Positions 42,741 to 58,763 of a stretch of 64,000 nucleotides of DNA are shown piece after piece. A model generated the notes under the pieces. The model did not search any database, was not told the origin of the DNA, and was given only the letters and a program-made list of their open reading frames with translations. The number at the start of each line of letters is the position of its first letter. Position 1 is the stretch's first letter. Source of the DNA: the human T2T-CHM13v2.0 reference genome, Homo sapiens. The DNA lies in NCBI RefSeq assembly GCF_009914755.1, contig NC_060944.1; one strand, written 5' to 3'. The translations under genes were made by a program, and so were the position numbers.

Positions 42741-43650
42741 ATGAGCAAAGTGTTTGAATAGACATTTATCCAAAGAGATATTTAAATGGAAATAAACACA
42801 TGAAAAGATGCATAACATCAGTAATCCCTCAGGAAATGTGAATCAAAACCACAATGAGATACCACTTGACACCATTTGGATAGCTATTATTGATAATAAA
42901 TAAATAAAATAAATAAATAAATAAATAAATAAATAAAATAAATAAAAAAAATAATAAAAATGGAAATAAAACAAGTGTTGGTGAAGATGAGGGAAACTGT
43001 AACCCATGTATGTTCCTAGTGATGATAGGAAATGGTGCAGCCACTGTAGAAAATGGTATTGTATTTTTTCAAAAATAAACATAGAGTTACCATATAATTC
43101 AGCAAGTTCACTTCCGGGTATATATCTCAGACAATTAAAATCAGGGACTGAAACAGGCATTTGTACACTCATATTCATAGCAGCATTATTCACAATAGAC
43201 AAAAGGTGAAAACAACCCAAATATCCATCAGTGGAGAAATAGATAAACAAAATGTGGTATATACTTACAATGGAATATGATTCAGCCTTCAAAAATAAAG
43301 AAATTCTGACACATGTTAGAACATGGATAAATCTTGAAGACATGCTAAGTGAAATATGCCAGAAACAAAAGGACAGATATTTGTATGATTCCACTCGTAT
43401 GAGATAACTAGAGGAGTCAAATTTATAGAGGCAGAGTGGCAGTTGCCAGGGGATCATCAGAGAGAAGTATAAGTAGTTATTGTTTAGTGAGTACAGAGTT
43501 TCAGCTTTGGAAGATATTAAAAAGTTCTGAAGATGGATGGTGGTTGGTGATGATTGCACAACACAACATTTTGAATTTAGTTAATGTCACTCAACTGTAC
43601 ACAAAATGACTAAAACAGTAAAGTTGGGCTATCTATATTTTATCACAATA
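42741..43650 (+). mobile_element. L1MB 3' end nested in older L1; contains (TAAA)n at about 42893-42960
   Basis: L1MB 3' motifs; degenerate TSD aaaaatagtccggaaaa / aaaaatagtttagaaaa. Confidence 0.8.
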
Positions 43651-43912
43651 AAAAATAGTTTAGAAAAGTCACTAAAGAAAGAAACAACTCCAACCCACAG
43701 CAAGCAGCAAAAATAAACCCCAAGCAGTGGCAAGAATCTGGTTTCTGGAGTTACCACATAATAATATTCAAAATGTCTTGTTCTCAACAAAAAATTATGA
43801 GTCATGAGAAGAAACAAAAGAGTATCCCACTCACAGGAAAAAAATGAACAACTCTCCTTGAAAAAGCACAGATATTGGATCTACTAACTAAGACTTTAAA
43901 TCAACTCTTACA

Positions 43913-44264
43913 AAACGGGTGATTACCAGAGCCTGGGAAGGATAATGGGTAGGGAGGTGGAGGGGGAAGTAGTGAGGCTTAATGAGTACAAAAACATAGG
44001 AAAAATGAATAAGATCTAGTATATGTTAGCACAAGAGGGTGATTATAGTCAAAAATAATTTAATTACACATTTTAAAATAGCTAAAAGCATATCATTGGA
44101 TTGTTTGAAGCCAAAGGATAAATTATTGAGATGATAAATATCCCATTTACCTTGATGTGATTATTATGCATTGCATGCCTGTATCAAAATATCTCATATA
44201 ATACATAAATATATACACCTACTATGTATCCACAAAATAAAGAATTAAATAAATAAATATAAAT
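43913..44264 (+). mobile_element. L1MA (MA1-3-like) 3' end nested in older L1
   Basis: cattgcatgcctgtatcaaaatatctcat...atatacacctactatgta; TSD aatcaact(c/g)tta. Confidence 0.85.
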
Positions 44265-45978
44265 GAATCAACTGTTATATATACTCAAAAAGATAAATGA
44301 AACCATGGACAAAGAACTGAAGGATAAAAAAAGAATAAAGAAAAATGAACAGAACCCAAGAGACCTGTGAGACACCATCAAGCATAACAATGTAAGGGGA
44401 GTCTCAGGAAGTGAGGAGAGAGAAAAAAAGGCAGAAAGAATATTTGAAGACATAATGGTTGTAAAACTCTCAAAGTTGATAAAAGGCATAAATCTACACA
44501 TTCAGGAAGCTTGATGAACTCCAGGTAGGATAAATACAAAGACAGCCACACTAAGAGAAATTGTAATCAAACTGTTGAAAGCTCTAGACAAAGAATCTTG
44601 AAATTAGCAAGAGAGTTGCAATTAATCACATACAAATGATCTTCAATGAAATTAATAACTGATTTCTTATCAGAAACAATGGAGGCAAGATAGCAATTGG
44701 TATATTTAAAATGCCAAAACAGGAGGAAAAAACAACCTGTCAACCAAGAATTGTATACCTGGCAAAATTAAGAAAAAAGTAAATTTAAGAAAAAAGTAAA
44801 ATATTTCCAGATAAAAGCTGATAGAGTTTTTCACAAGTAGACCTGTCCTACAAGAAATGGTAAGGAGATGCCTTCAGGATGTAATGTCAGCAAACTCGAT
44901 AGTAACTTAAAGGTGTACAAAAGAAATAAAACACACTACTAAAAGTAAATACATAGTCCTATAAAAAGGCCTATTTTATTGTATTATTGGCTTGTAACCC
45001 CTCTTTTTTCTCATATGATTTAAAAGACAGATATATCAAATGATGAATAAAAATCTATGTTAGTTTAGTTTACATACAATGTATAAAGATATAGTCTGTG
45101 ACAAAAACAATTTAAAGAAAGAGATATGGAGAATATAAGAGCAAAGTAATTGTATACTCTTGAAGTTAAGTTGGTGTTAAATCAAGCCAGATTATAAGTT
45201 TAAGATGTTAGTTGTAATCCCCAGGATAACTACTAAAATATTAACTATAAAATATACAGAAAAAGAAATGAAAAGTATACTTCAAAAATCAAACACAAAA
45301 GAAGGCAGTAATGGGGGAATTGAGAAACAGGAAAGATAAGACATATAGAACACAAATAGTAAAAATGTCAAAAGTAAATCCTTTCTCACCCATAATTACT
45401 TTTAAATGTAAATGAGCTAAACTCTCCAATTAAAAACAGAGATTGTCAGATTAAAAAACAACAAGAAGATTCAAGTCTATGCTGTTTACAACACATTCAC
45501 TTTAGCTCCAAAGATACAAACAGGTTGAAAGTGACGGAATGTAAAAAGAGATTTCATTCAAATTCTAAAAGAGAACTAGAATAGCTATACTAATATCAGT
45601 CAAAATAGACCTTAGGTCACACATGCTACAAGAGGCAGAGGACATTATGTATTGATAAATGGGGCAATTCATCAAGAATATAAAACAATTGAAAACATAT
45701 ATGCACCTAAGAGCTTAAGGTTTGATATAGAAAAGGGAATGAGCCTAGGTCGGTCTTGTACTAATTCAGTTTAATTTACCTCTCTGAGTTTCATTGTGTA
45801 TAACTCTGCAAATCCTCTTTTTTTATAACATAGAAATTCCTTCCTACCTTTCTTTCTTCCTTCCTTCTTTTAGGAGGCAAGTTTTGAGTACCTACTTTTG
45901 ACAAGCCCTGTGCTAAGTTCTGGAGATACACATCTCAGTAATTATAGCCCCTGTAATTGTAGACTTTATAGTCCAAGT

Positions 45979-46522
45979 CAGTAGCTTTCAAATTTTAGTT
46001 TATATGAGAATCCCCTGGGAGGCTGATAGAAAATACAAACTACTGAGCCTCACCCAATGTGTCTGATTCAGTAGGCCTGGAGTGAGGCCCTAAGACCTGC
46101 ATTTCTAACAAACTTCCAGGAGATGCTCATGCTGCTGGTTTGTGGACCGAACTTTGAGAACTACCCGTCTAAGTCATGGATTCTCCATTTTGGCTGTACA
46201 TTGACATCACCTGTGAGCTTTAAGAATACCAAGGCCTAGGTCTCATCTTCAGACTTAAATTGCTTGGGAGTTGCCTGGTCATCTGGATTTTTTTTAAGCT
46301 TCTCACATGTTTCTAATACAGAACTAAAGCTGAGAACCACTTCTCATTTCTGGCTGCTTATTACAACCACTTGGAAAGGTTTTAAAAAAAAATACTGATG
46401 TCTAGAAAGCATTATGGATTAATGCAATCAGAATCTCTGAGAATTGAGCCCCAGCACTAGTATTGTTGAAAAACGTCTAGTGTTGTTCAACTAATTTGAA
46501 AGTTTAACCAGAGCTGAACTCC
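45979..46522. mobile_element. Three adjacent MER5-family MITEs
   Basis: MER5A 45979-46166 (TSD gtccaagt/gtctaagt); MER5B-like 46175-46341 and 46342-46522. Confidence 0.7.
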
Positions 46523-48117
46523 ATCTAAGCAAAGGTAACATACAATGAGTGAAGGAGAGAGGTAATTTTAAATGTCATCTTTTTTTGTTTGTCCTTTTAA
46601 ATTATCAAGAAGCAGACAGGAACATAAATGGAAAACCAAGTCTCCCATAACCTACCACTATAGTATGTCTATTATAATCATACATTTTTCCTATCCAGTC
46701 TTTGACCATATGTGTGTATTTTTATATGGATCATATATGTGTAATTTGAGATTCTGCCAAAAAATTTCTTTAAGCCACAGAATAACCTTTTAAAAATAAT
46801 AAGTAAAATGGGTGGCATTGTCGGATTTTCTCCATGTTCACTGAGGAAAGATAACAAGAATAAACTTGATCTCAGCAGGATAATTTAGGCTTGTAACTGG
46901 AAGGACCTTCCTAGTCAGCAGAATTAAACTGCTCAAGGAGAAAAAGTGGTGATAAACTAGGATATGGAACGAGGAATCAAAGTCCTATCTAGAAGCCAGA
47001 TGATGGGAAAATGGCCACAGAGAGATGATCTGGGACTTGGCAGGGACTGTTCCAGGTAGAATGCTGAAGACCGTTAGTGGAGAGAATTTGTCTCTTCATC
47101 TGTATTTCACTTAGAATCTCCTGTGTGTGGTTCAACATTTTGTGGTGGTTTGTGGATACACTTTCTAGTCTAAAGGAATAGAACTAGATTAATATTTTCT
47201 ATTGTAAAATTTAGTATCTTTAACTTAGAACATAATATAATTATGAACCGTATAACTAAGTTTTGCAACTCATGCAGGGGGATTATAGATAACCCTAGAG
47301 CACTCATTCTTTATCTGTTCTAAGATAGTCGGGATATGAGCAGTTGAAGACATTCCTCTTAGTTAATCCAAGTGGGTGCCAAGACCCATGCACTGGAGAG
47401 TTGAAACAAAATACAATGAGTCTGAAATTTCAAGCAGAAGTTCAAGCGTCTCTTTCTATTCTGTCTTGATACATTGCATTGAAAGAACTGCTATGGTTTA
47501 ATTCTATCAGTGAAAATAACAGGGTTTGTGATGTTTTTAATTTATTTTTCCCTCCCCACATTAACTTTCCTCATTTGTGTTTGGTAAATTTGCTTCAACT
47601 GCTCAATTTGCATGAGGATTAAATTTCATTAACAGATGCAATTAGAAAGTGGAATTTATAGAATAAGTCTTCTTTATACCCTAACCTAATTGACATAAGG
47701 ATTACCGATGTAATTGACTAGAAATCCTTTCAAGATAGTCAAGCTGACATTTAATAGTGTTTTTCTCTATAAAATTAAGAATGTTCACTACAATCTACAT
47801 ATAAGAACTAATAAGCCTATTCCCTCCACCCATCACCTAAAATTATAGAGCTAGGTCAATTTTATATTCTTGCAGCAAAAAACTCCCCTGGCATGAGGTT
47901 GAACAAAGTCTAGTTAAGCTTGCTATTTTTTTCCTTTTAGTAGACCCTCCCTTGAGTAAAAAAAGATAGAGAAGAGCAAACGGTCTTCGCTAAGTGAACT
48001 CATAGCTTAGCCAAAGTCTTTCAGAGCTGAGTACGGAGGGGCTGCCTCAGTGGGAAGCAGAAATTAAGACCTGCTCCTCCATACATCCTACTTGCATCTT
48101 TAGCCTCGTTTCTTTAC

Positions 48118-48292
48118 AGCAGTTGTTTGCAACCTTGGCTGTACATTGAAATCACCTGGAGCACCTTAAAAATTGTAATGACAAGACCCCACTGTAGGAT
48201 TCTAATATACTTGGGCTGAGATGCAGTCCACACTATGTGAGTGTGAAAAGCTGCTCAGCGGTCCTAATGTTTGGTCGTGGTTAAGAGCTGCT
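48118..48292. mobile_element. MER5B-like
   Basis: caaccttggctgtacattgaaatcacctggag. Confidence 0.6.
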
Positions 48293-49466
48293 GCTTTACA
48301 GTAAGCAGTACTTTGCCTGTGGCCAGGTAAGGCAAAAATGTGCCTGGGGACTTTGGGAAAAAGAAGCAGGTTCTCTCAGTAAAAGCTGTGCTCCGGCAGA
48401 AAGCCGGTTAAGTGTTCCTTGCTGCCTATTTAAGAAGTAACAGTGCCAAGGCAATCCCATTTGCTCTGGCCATGTGATAATTAACAATTGATATTTGTGT
48501 GAAGCCAGCCTGCCTAACAGAATGGTGTGCAGTCTTTCAGCCAAACAGTACACTGGCGCTCCTCTGTGGACTTAAAATTGCATTCTAAAAAAGTAGATGG
48601 CATTTTTAATAAGCAAAACCCCAGTTTAAATATAACCAACTGAAATTATAAGTAATTTGGTAATATGACTTCATGTGGGGGTCATCTTAACATTAATAAT
48701 ACCTGAAATGAAATAATTTCTAAAATATTTCTAATCTCAAATTACTACCTTTGGTGATATTTTGGGTGATAGACTATTTTTACAAACTAGAAAAGATTCT
48801 AAATCAGGAAAAGTACATAACTGAGGTCTGGCTTTTTGAAGCACACACTCACTTTTTTTATGAAATACCTGTTTGCTGACCATGGTGTAGGCCATTAATG
48901 TCATTACCTCTACCACTTGAATAAAAGTGAATCCTTTTGTAGCTTATAGTGTGTAAACCTATGAGACTTATAGTATGTAGATGTATGATACTGACAGCCA
49001 AAACAGTATGCATATTATGATAAATCACTGGGTAATAAAGTAGCCAATTTGGAAAATTCTCAATTGGAGTAGTCCTTGTGTGTTGGCAAATAAGACTTGC
49101 ATTTATACAGTGAACAAAAAAGTTTGCTTAAGAATTAGGAGCAAGTAATTGATTTTTTAAAAATGATGTGGTTCTGGTGGAAGTAGTATAGCCCTACCAA
49201 GTAGAAAAAAAGCAATCAATTTAATTAAAAAGTCTCAGCTGAAAAAAAATTTAGTTCCCATCTATAGACAGGGGCTCTGTCCTTAGATACAGCAGGAAGA
49301 TTCAAGACCCCATCATCTCTCTCCTCCCACTTCTCAACCTCCTCTTGGTGTGTTTCATTGTCCAAACTCAAAAGGAAGCCAGGAGGTGAAGGCTGGCTGA
49401 TGCGGTTCAGAGAAGTTTGTCTCCTGGACACAGTGCAATATGGAGAAGCTAGAAAGTAGGTCTGAA

Positions 49467-51493
<2,027 letters not shown>

Positions 51494-51534
51494 AGAAAGT
51501 GGGTCTGAATAGGCAAACAGAAATATATGGTATA

Positions 51535-51940
51535 TCTGTTTAACCAACAGCTTTCCTCTCCTTTCTCTGGAAATGTAACCAGCTAGAAGACTGGAGTAGC
51601 CATGTGACTAATTCTGACTAATGTGGTGTAAGTAAAAGTGGCAAGGTAGGACTTTAAGGAAGATTTTTTTTCTCAAGAGGATATAGACCCCAGAACCTGT
51701 GTTTTGTCCTCAGTCATTTCCTCCTTCATGATACCTGCAAAACGGAGGTGAAGATTGAGGTTCCAACTGCCATTTTGGACTGGATTTAGGCAAATTTGCA
51801 TTTGGATGTCATTGCTAAGGATGGGAGAGCAGAAATTTACAAGAAGTGTGTGCACTAGTGACTAAAGCCACCACAGCAGCGCTGGATTCCTCTTCTGAAT
51901 TTATTCCCTGTGAAGGAAAATTAATCATTATATATTAAAA
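51535..51940 (+). mobile_element. MLT1 LTR relic
   Basis: gccatgtgactaattctg...aagtaaaagtg...ctgccattttg. Confidence 0.55.
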
Positions 51941-53568
51941 AAATCAACAGTTCAAAAGTTTCATCTCATTATGTATTTGCTATCAATTATATAATTAAAG
52001 TATGATGTAGGAATTTTTAAATCATCGCTTTTAAATTTTAAAAATTAGTTCTAAGACCCCAAACTATGTGCAATTTTACAAAGTATATTTGACTGCCTTA
52101 CAACAGGCTACTATCTACTTAGGTATTGTGCTTACTTCAGATGAAAATTGTGCCTTATCAACAGGTGGAAACAATCATTAAATATTAAAAATATTTGCTT
52201 AATGTAGCAAGTGAATGGGTGGACGAATCATCTCAGTTTCTATCGGGTTTTCAGCATGTGAACCTAGTGTTTACCTTGTCAAAAAGTTGATTGTTTCTAA
52301 TAAGCAGGATAACAGATATTCTAGCACCTTCAAAGTCGAACAGAGCTGAGAAATGAAGTGTGACTTATCCTGTGGAATGTAAAAAACAACATTTTTTAGG
52401 AAGCATGTGAATATGAATGAGAGGATGATCATCATTTAAATATCACCAAATAAACATAACATTTCTGTTGGGCATCTTTTGAGCAGTTAGATTTTCCATG
52501 GAATATGTTCCAGCTTTGTTTTGCTTGGTTGGTAATCATAGCACTGAATTTAATAAATAGATATTATTGAATTTCCTTGGAATGTTCCTGGTGTTGTAAC
52601 ATAAATTTAGTGCTTAACTGGCTATGATATATGGCTACATATCTATAGTACTTACAGGTGGTGAAGTCTGTTTTAGGTTTTCTGCACTTCGGTTACTTAG
52701 CTTGAGCTATCTTGAGATTATAAATCACTTCTTTTTTTTTTTTTTTTCAAACTACACATTCATGACATACAGCATCAACAGAAGATGATTTATTCTGTGA
52801 CCCTACTGGCAAAAGAATATATTGATACTATAATTTTGCTAGGTGTCATTTGTTCTTGAGGGTTCCTTGTGTTGGTATGCAATAGCAAATTAATCCAGAA
52901 TTGCAAGGTAGAAGGAAATATAACAGAACTCGTAATTCTGATCCTGAGTCAGTTAGCTGAATAACTTGATCAGATCACATCTAATTTTTCTCAATGAGAG
53001 CACTACTGGCATCTCAGGCCATTGTGTGATATTGGCCTGGGCACTGGCCTCACAAACACTGCAAAGCAGTAGCACTTTCAGCCAGTTAAAATGTCACGGA
53101 CTTCTGCAGCAGCCTCTTGATTTGTGTGTTCCAGAACTTGAGCTCCAGGGACGATGGGCCAAGTTTGGGAGCAAGTACTAGAGTTTTAACTTAAAGTTAA
53201 AAGCGGAGGGGTGCTAAAATGTTGACTCTGATACAGGTCTGTGGCAATTTAATTCCATTTCCCCCTCTGTCTTGAACCCCTTCTACTTGACCACTAACAG
53301 TTTTTAGCCTAAATTATCCGGATACCCAAGTCTTCACTTCATTCTCCCCTGTGGACAACCCAATGCCTGGGAACATGATGTTCATAAGTTTAGTATTCTC
53401 CAATACATCAAGATCTTGATGGAAAATCTCTCTAAAATAGTAATGGGAAAAATCTTCCCTCCAAAATTCCAATTATTTTGAGTGAACATCATCATGCATA
53501 TAAAACCAATGTCACTGGCATGCATCAGAAACTTTAATTTAACATAGGTTAGCAATAATCATTAGTAG

Positions 53569-53688
53569 TCGAAACTTCATTGCTGATCAGTAGTGGGATG
53601 GTGCCTGTGAATAGCCACTGCACTCTAGCCTGGGCAACATAGCAAGACTCCAACTCTAAAACACATAAATAAATAAATACTTTAAAAA
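53569..53688 (+). pseudogene. 5'-truncated 7SL (SRP RNA) processed pseudogene
   Basis: tgctgatcagtagtgggatggtgcctgtgaatagccactgcac matches the 7SL 3' end including S-domain sequence absent from Alu; A-rich tail; TSD aatcattagtag at 53557-53568 and 53689-53700. Confidence 0.88.
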
Positions 53689-54684
53689 AATCATTAGTAG
53701 GTGGTATGTTCCTTCTCTACTTAAAAGCAACCAATGTTGAAATGTCCATTTGAAGTTGTTAAAAATTTTTAAAGACATGACTTAGAAATTGCGACTTAGC
53801 AACTAAAGCTGTGACTTTGAAGTCAATTTATACTTTAAAGGGAATCTATTATCAGTTAAGTTTTCAGATCTCATAACCAAATTGGAAATCTGAAGAAGTC
53901 AGAAGTTCTAAAATGCAGTGTTTTGAAAGGACATTGATATATAGTTGTGATATTGTCTTAGCAACACATTTTTCTTTAAAAGAAGAATTTCTTCTTGTAT
54001 TATCAATCCTTAAAATGGGTCATGTATTCTTGGAAAACAGGGTATTCATGCAATCTTTAAAACACCGTCTAAACTTCAAGTGAACTTCAAACAGCCCAAA
54101 CCAAATATATGCTGGATAAAGTGTATTGTGGTTACTGGAAAACTTTAAAATATGAAACATTCCTATTGCTGTTGGTATTTTACCTCTGAGAATTTTCTAG
54201 CCAAAGTTCTATTTGAACAGAGGTCAAAAATCAGTTACTGCGTGGGCTTTTCTTAAGGGATGAATTTAATGAAAGGGCCTAGTTATTGCAACATATGCTG
54301 CCTTCATTTCAAAAGATTTCCTTAAAGCATAATGATTAAAGCCTGTGGAGAAAAAAATTTGTACTTTTCAAAAGCTCCATGAAGTACCCCACAGAAGGAA
54401 AAACAAAGTTCTGAATCCACATATAGAATGAATAAATATTCCTTTTAGCTTAAAAGTCATAAAAATCATTAGTTATTTTTGCTCCCTTTTATTGAAAGTG
54501 TTTTAAGAGTTTTAAAAGACCAGTGTACACTGTATCAAATATTCCTGCTTATTTCCAAAGAAAAGTGAACTGCTTTATTTTGAATTTTTTTTTTTCTTTA
54601 CACAGAGTAGGGAAGAATTCAAATGTTCAGCAAGTATTCTTAAGCACCTAAGTCATTGCACTAAAGTAAATCTCATTTGATGGC

Positions 54685-55175
54685 TCTCTTAAGGTGGATT
54701 CTCTAGAACCAAAGACTGAGAGACACTTTTGGGTACAAAGAGTTTATCTGGAAGGTGATGTCAACAAGCACCAGTACAGCGGGGAGAAATAGAGAGAAGG
54801 AAAGGCAGCAAGGCAGCCAATATGGTGTGAGTTAACAAGCAGGTTACTATTGTGGACAACTGGAAGCTAATCCCACTGGAGTATTGGGGATGAGAGGTTA
54901 TAACACAGATCTTACTGTTATCCCACATGAGGGGCAAGGGAGCAGAGGTAGTTATCCACCAACAGGTTTTGATTGATGGATGCATCTGGTTTGTAAGGGA
55001 GCTCTCCCTTGAAATGCTCTTTCATTCAACCACTGCTGCTCATCCCATACTTGGGCCTACTGGACACCAGCAAGAGTGCCTTTAGGCAGAAAGCTTCAGT
55101 TGTTTGCCTCGAAAGTCATCGTAGGAATGATGGGAACTCAGAAAATATTGCCAGGACACTGACTACATCTGCCAC
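54685..55175 (-). mobile_element. LTR33-like ERVL LTR
   Basis: agtttatctggaaggtgat...gcagccaata...aatcccactgg...tatccaccaac. Confidence 0.65.
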
Positions 55176-55785
55176 GGTGAAAAGCTGTCTCTAAAATCCA
55201 ACTACAAAGTAAACAAGTATTTCCCCAAAAGATAAATGTTAATAGTAAAATACATATCAGAAATTATCCAAACTGTCTAGTAATCAGAAATTAAAACAGG
55301 ATTAATCCAAATTGAGGGGTATTTAATTATCAAATTTTTATAAAACTGTGATAAAGCCTAATATGGCAGGGTACTGTTGGTACTAAGAATATTATTTTTA
55401 AAAGCCACTTGGCATTGTGTTTCAATAGGTAAATCAATGTTCACATACACTGACCTAATGATTAAATTTCTAGGATATAAGTATGAAAGAAACGAAATAA
55501 AACTTGAAGAGAGTGACAATATCCTATGTGTCCACAAAAATAGGGAAATGATTAAGTAGATTATAGTGTATGCAATCACTGATATTTTTATAATCAATAA
55601 GATTAGGGTTGTTAAGGTAAGTATTAGCATGAAAATAAATGCTTATACTGTAACAATAAGTAGAAAAATGATGCACAAAAGTATACATGCATTCCAGTTG
55701 CAGCTATCTTATTTTTCAACAGCATTAAAAACTACTGGAAGGAAATACATCCAAAAGGCTAATAGTGATTAAAATTTACTACCAG

Positions 55786-56270
55786 TGTCAATTACAATGT
55801 TTTATTTGCAAGGAACAGAAAATCCAACTCTCACTGGCTTGAGCAATGAAATATATTTCTTCATGTAACTGTGTAACTAGAAAGCCCAAGGGTTGGGCTT
55901 CAGGTTTGAACCAGCCAGCAGCTCAACCAGGTCATTAAAGGTCTGGTTGTTTCTCTTCACTCTTCCTTAATGTTTGCTTCATGCCAAAGCAGGCTGTCCT
56001 CTTGGTTGTCATTTTGATGCCAACAGAAACTAGAACTAGAAACTAGATGCTTCCATGCTCACACTGAGGGTCAGAATGAGGGCTTTTATCCCTCAACCAT
56101 TGAACAAAATTTCAGAGGTCATCTTACTATCAGCTACAAGCCTGTCGGTGAACCCAAAACTGTGGCTGGGGGATAAGATTGGTTGTAAGCAGATCAGGGC
56201 ACCCCTCTGCAACAGTGGTGGAGTCAATTCCCCTCTAAGTCTGTGGCTTCCACCCAGTGAGGAAGGTAGA
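55786..56270 (-). mobile_element. MLT1 (J/K-like) LTR
   Basis: ttgcaaggaacagaaaatccaactc...ctggctt...gggcttcagg. Confidence 0.6.
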
Positions 56271-56448
56271 GAGTGGGTGAAGAGGAGACAATGCCAATAT
56301 CTACGGTAATATATGAATATATATAGGTATATATGTCGTTTTTGCATGTGGGTGCATATATGTAAAGATACATATATACGAACACACCCATCAACAGAGG
56401 AAACACAACTGCACTTACCACGCTGATTAATTTTTTTATTTACTCATT

Positions 56449-56620
56449 CAGCTGACACCTACTTTGTTCCAGACACTATCTTAGAGACCCCAGAAACAAC
56501 AATAAATAAGACAGTTAAGGTCCCTGATCTCACGCAGCTGACACCTACTTTGTTCCAGACACTATCTTAGAGACCCCAGAAACAACAATAAATAAGACAG
56601 TTAAGGTCCCTGATCTCACG
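56449..56620. repeat. Perfect 2 x 86-bp tandem duplication
   Basis: 56449-56534 is identical to 56535-56620. Confidence 0.97.
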
Positions 56621-57116
56621 GAGCTGAAATCCCAGTGAAGGAAGACAGGCAATAAGCAAATGAGTTCATGATCAGGAAAAATGGTATGAAGTAACTAAAG
56701 CAAGGTGCCAGTTGGAGTAACCAGGTGTATTTTGTTTTCTTTTGAGTGGTTAGAGGAGGACTCTTTGAGGAGGAGACATTTAAGCTGAGATCTGTATGAA
56801 AAGAAGAGCCATCCAGGCAAAGATCAGGGGTCTGGAGCACACAGAGAAGAAAGCTCATTAGTACAAAAGGGCTTTAAAGTCAAAGTAATCCTGGGATTTT
56901 GGAGAAATCACAAGTCCTGTGAAGCAGAGCCATGGTGTATGAAAAGTGGAATGGAATAAAGAGAGTGTGGAATGGTATGTAGGCACCAGGTCATGTAAAA
57001 CTGTGGAGACAATGGTTGGAATTTGGGTGTCATGCAAAGAGCAAGGAGACTCATTTGAATGTTTTTAGTAGAAAAAGGGAAATACCTATTTGTGTTTTTT
57101 AGAAATCTGTTTGGGA

Positions 57117-57484
<368 letters not shown>

Positions 57485-57769
57485 TCAGGCCTGTACTTGT
57501 CTAGGCAAGAGATGGTGACGACTTGAACTAAAGAGTAATAGAGGATTGAGAGGAATGGAAGGCCTGATGTATACTGTGTGGAGATAATGCCCTATGTCCT
57601 ACTGATGGAGAAAGTCATGGAATAAAGGCTAACTCAATTATTTTATGTGAGCAACTGGTGGGTTGATGGGCTGTGACCAAGATGAGGAAAACGAGGGAAG
57701 ATTTGGAAAGAAAGGGAAGAACTAAGAACACTTTATGGACATTTAAAGCTCGGGGTGTCTGTTAGTCAT

Positions 57770-58763
57770 TAGGGCTGATTACATATTTGCTGGCACACTC
57801 CAAAAGTGAAACTGAGGGGCCCTTTTCCAAAAAGCAATGGGGGAAGTGCCAATAAAGATACTAAAATAGAACACTTTTCTTTCTTCTGCAATCTCTCTCT
57901 TGACTGGTAATGGTATTTTTTTAAAAATTACTATTTAATGTCATTCTAAGTAAAAAAAAATTAAAATTGTTTATTACGAGTTTTAACATTCATTCTTACA
58001 TTGTGCAATGCTATTTTCAGCAAATAAAATGCCATTTTAATCATTTAATTTATATACAGAATCACAAAAATTATACAATTCACATTTCATAGATAGTACA
58101 TGCCTATGTTTTTTGTTCTTATCAAGATAGAGGAACTACTGTACAAAACTAGTATCATTGTTTTTATTTTACTTCTTGATACATGAACACCCTACCAGCC
58201 TTCTGTACCTTCAGCTTACTTATGAGAAAGGAAGGACTGGAAAGAAGGGGAACTCTGGGTTGTTCCATCTTTCTCACTTTTTCTATGTCATTATATTCAG
58301 TGTAATGGTTGGCTAATAGAAATAACACATAATGATTAGGATTATTGGTGTTTCATGTTTTAGAATGCTATTTCTGCATTTGAAGCAAGTTCTGATTCTA
58401 ATGGAAAGCATGACTTTTCATAGATGTGAGAACCTGGAGATGTAACACTTTTATCATGTAGTTGGTTTGAGCCTCATTGAACTCTCATTGTGGATCCATG
58501 GACATTCTGTGCACCCGAGCATTGCAAATTCAATATGTGAGCAGGGCAGCAAAGAACAATGGACATGTATCTTGCACATATCTCCTCTGCTTATGTGCAT
58601 TCTCCATTGTTCGATCAGACTTCAGTTACAAAACACAAGCTCAAAGATAAAATGATGGAGAATTTCAGGACAATGACTGCAGAACATTAAACTAAGCATG
58701 GGTCCTTCTGAGTACTGGGCCCTGTGTGACTGCAGAGGCCTCACACTCATGAAGCTGGCCCTG
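57770..58763 (-). mobile_element. MER45B-like hAT-Tip100 element
   Basis: About 1 kb; end gggccctgtgtgactgcagagg...catgaagctggccctg matches the MER45 terminus. Confidence 0.75.

Larger units (their letters stand above)
42040..45710 (+). mobile_element. Old L1M 5' region, ORF1 and ORF2 N-terminus, with two nested L1 3' ends
   Basis: agagacctgtgagacaccatcaag, cagaaacaatggaggc (ORF1); ataattacttttaaatgtaaatg...ccaattaaaa (ORF2 endonuclease start). Confidence 0.75.

Noticed and set aside
42843-43559. Longest ORF (238 aa, minus strand)
   Set aside because: Antisense to an L1MB 3' end and runs through a (TTTA)n tract
48551-48570. Possible CTCF site (ccacagaggagcgccagtg on minus strand)
   Set aside because: Mismatches in the high-information AG(A/G)(G/T)GGC core
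53406-53421. Perfect 16-bp palindrome catcaagatcttgatg
   Set aside because: About one palindrome with 8-bp arms is expected by chance in 64 kb
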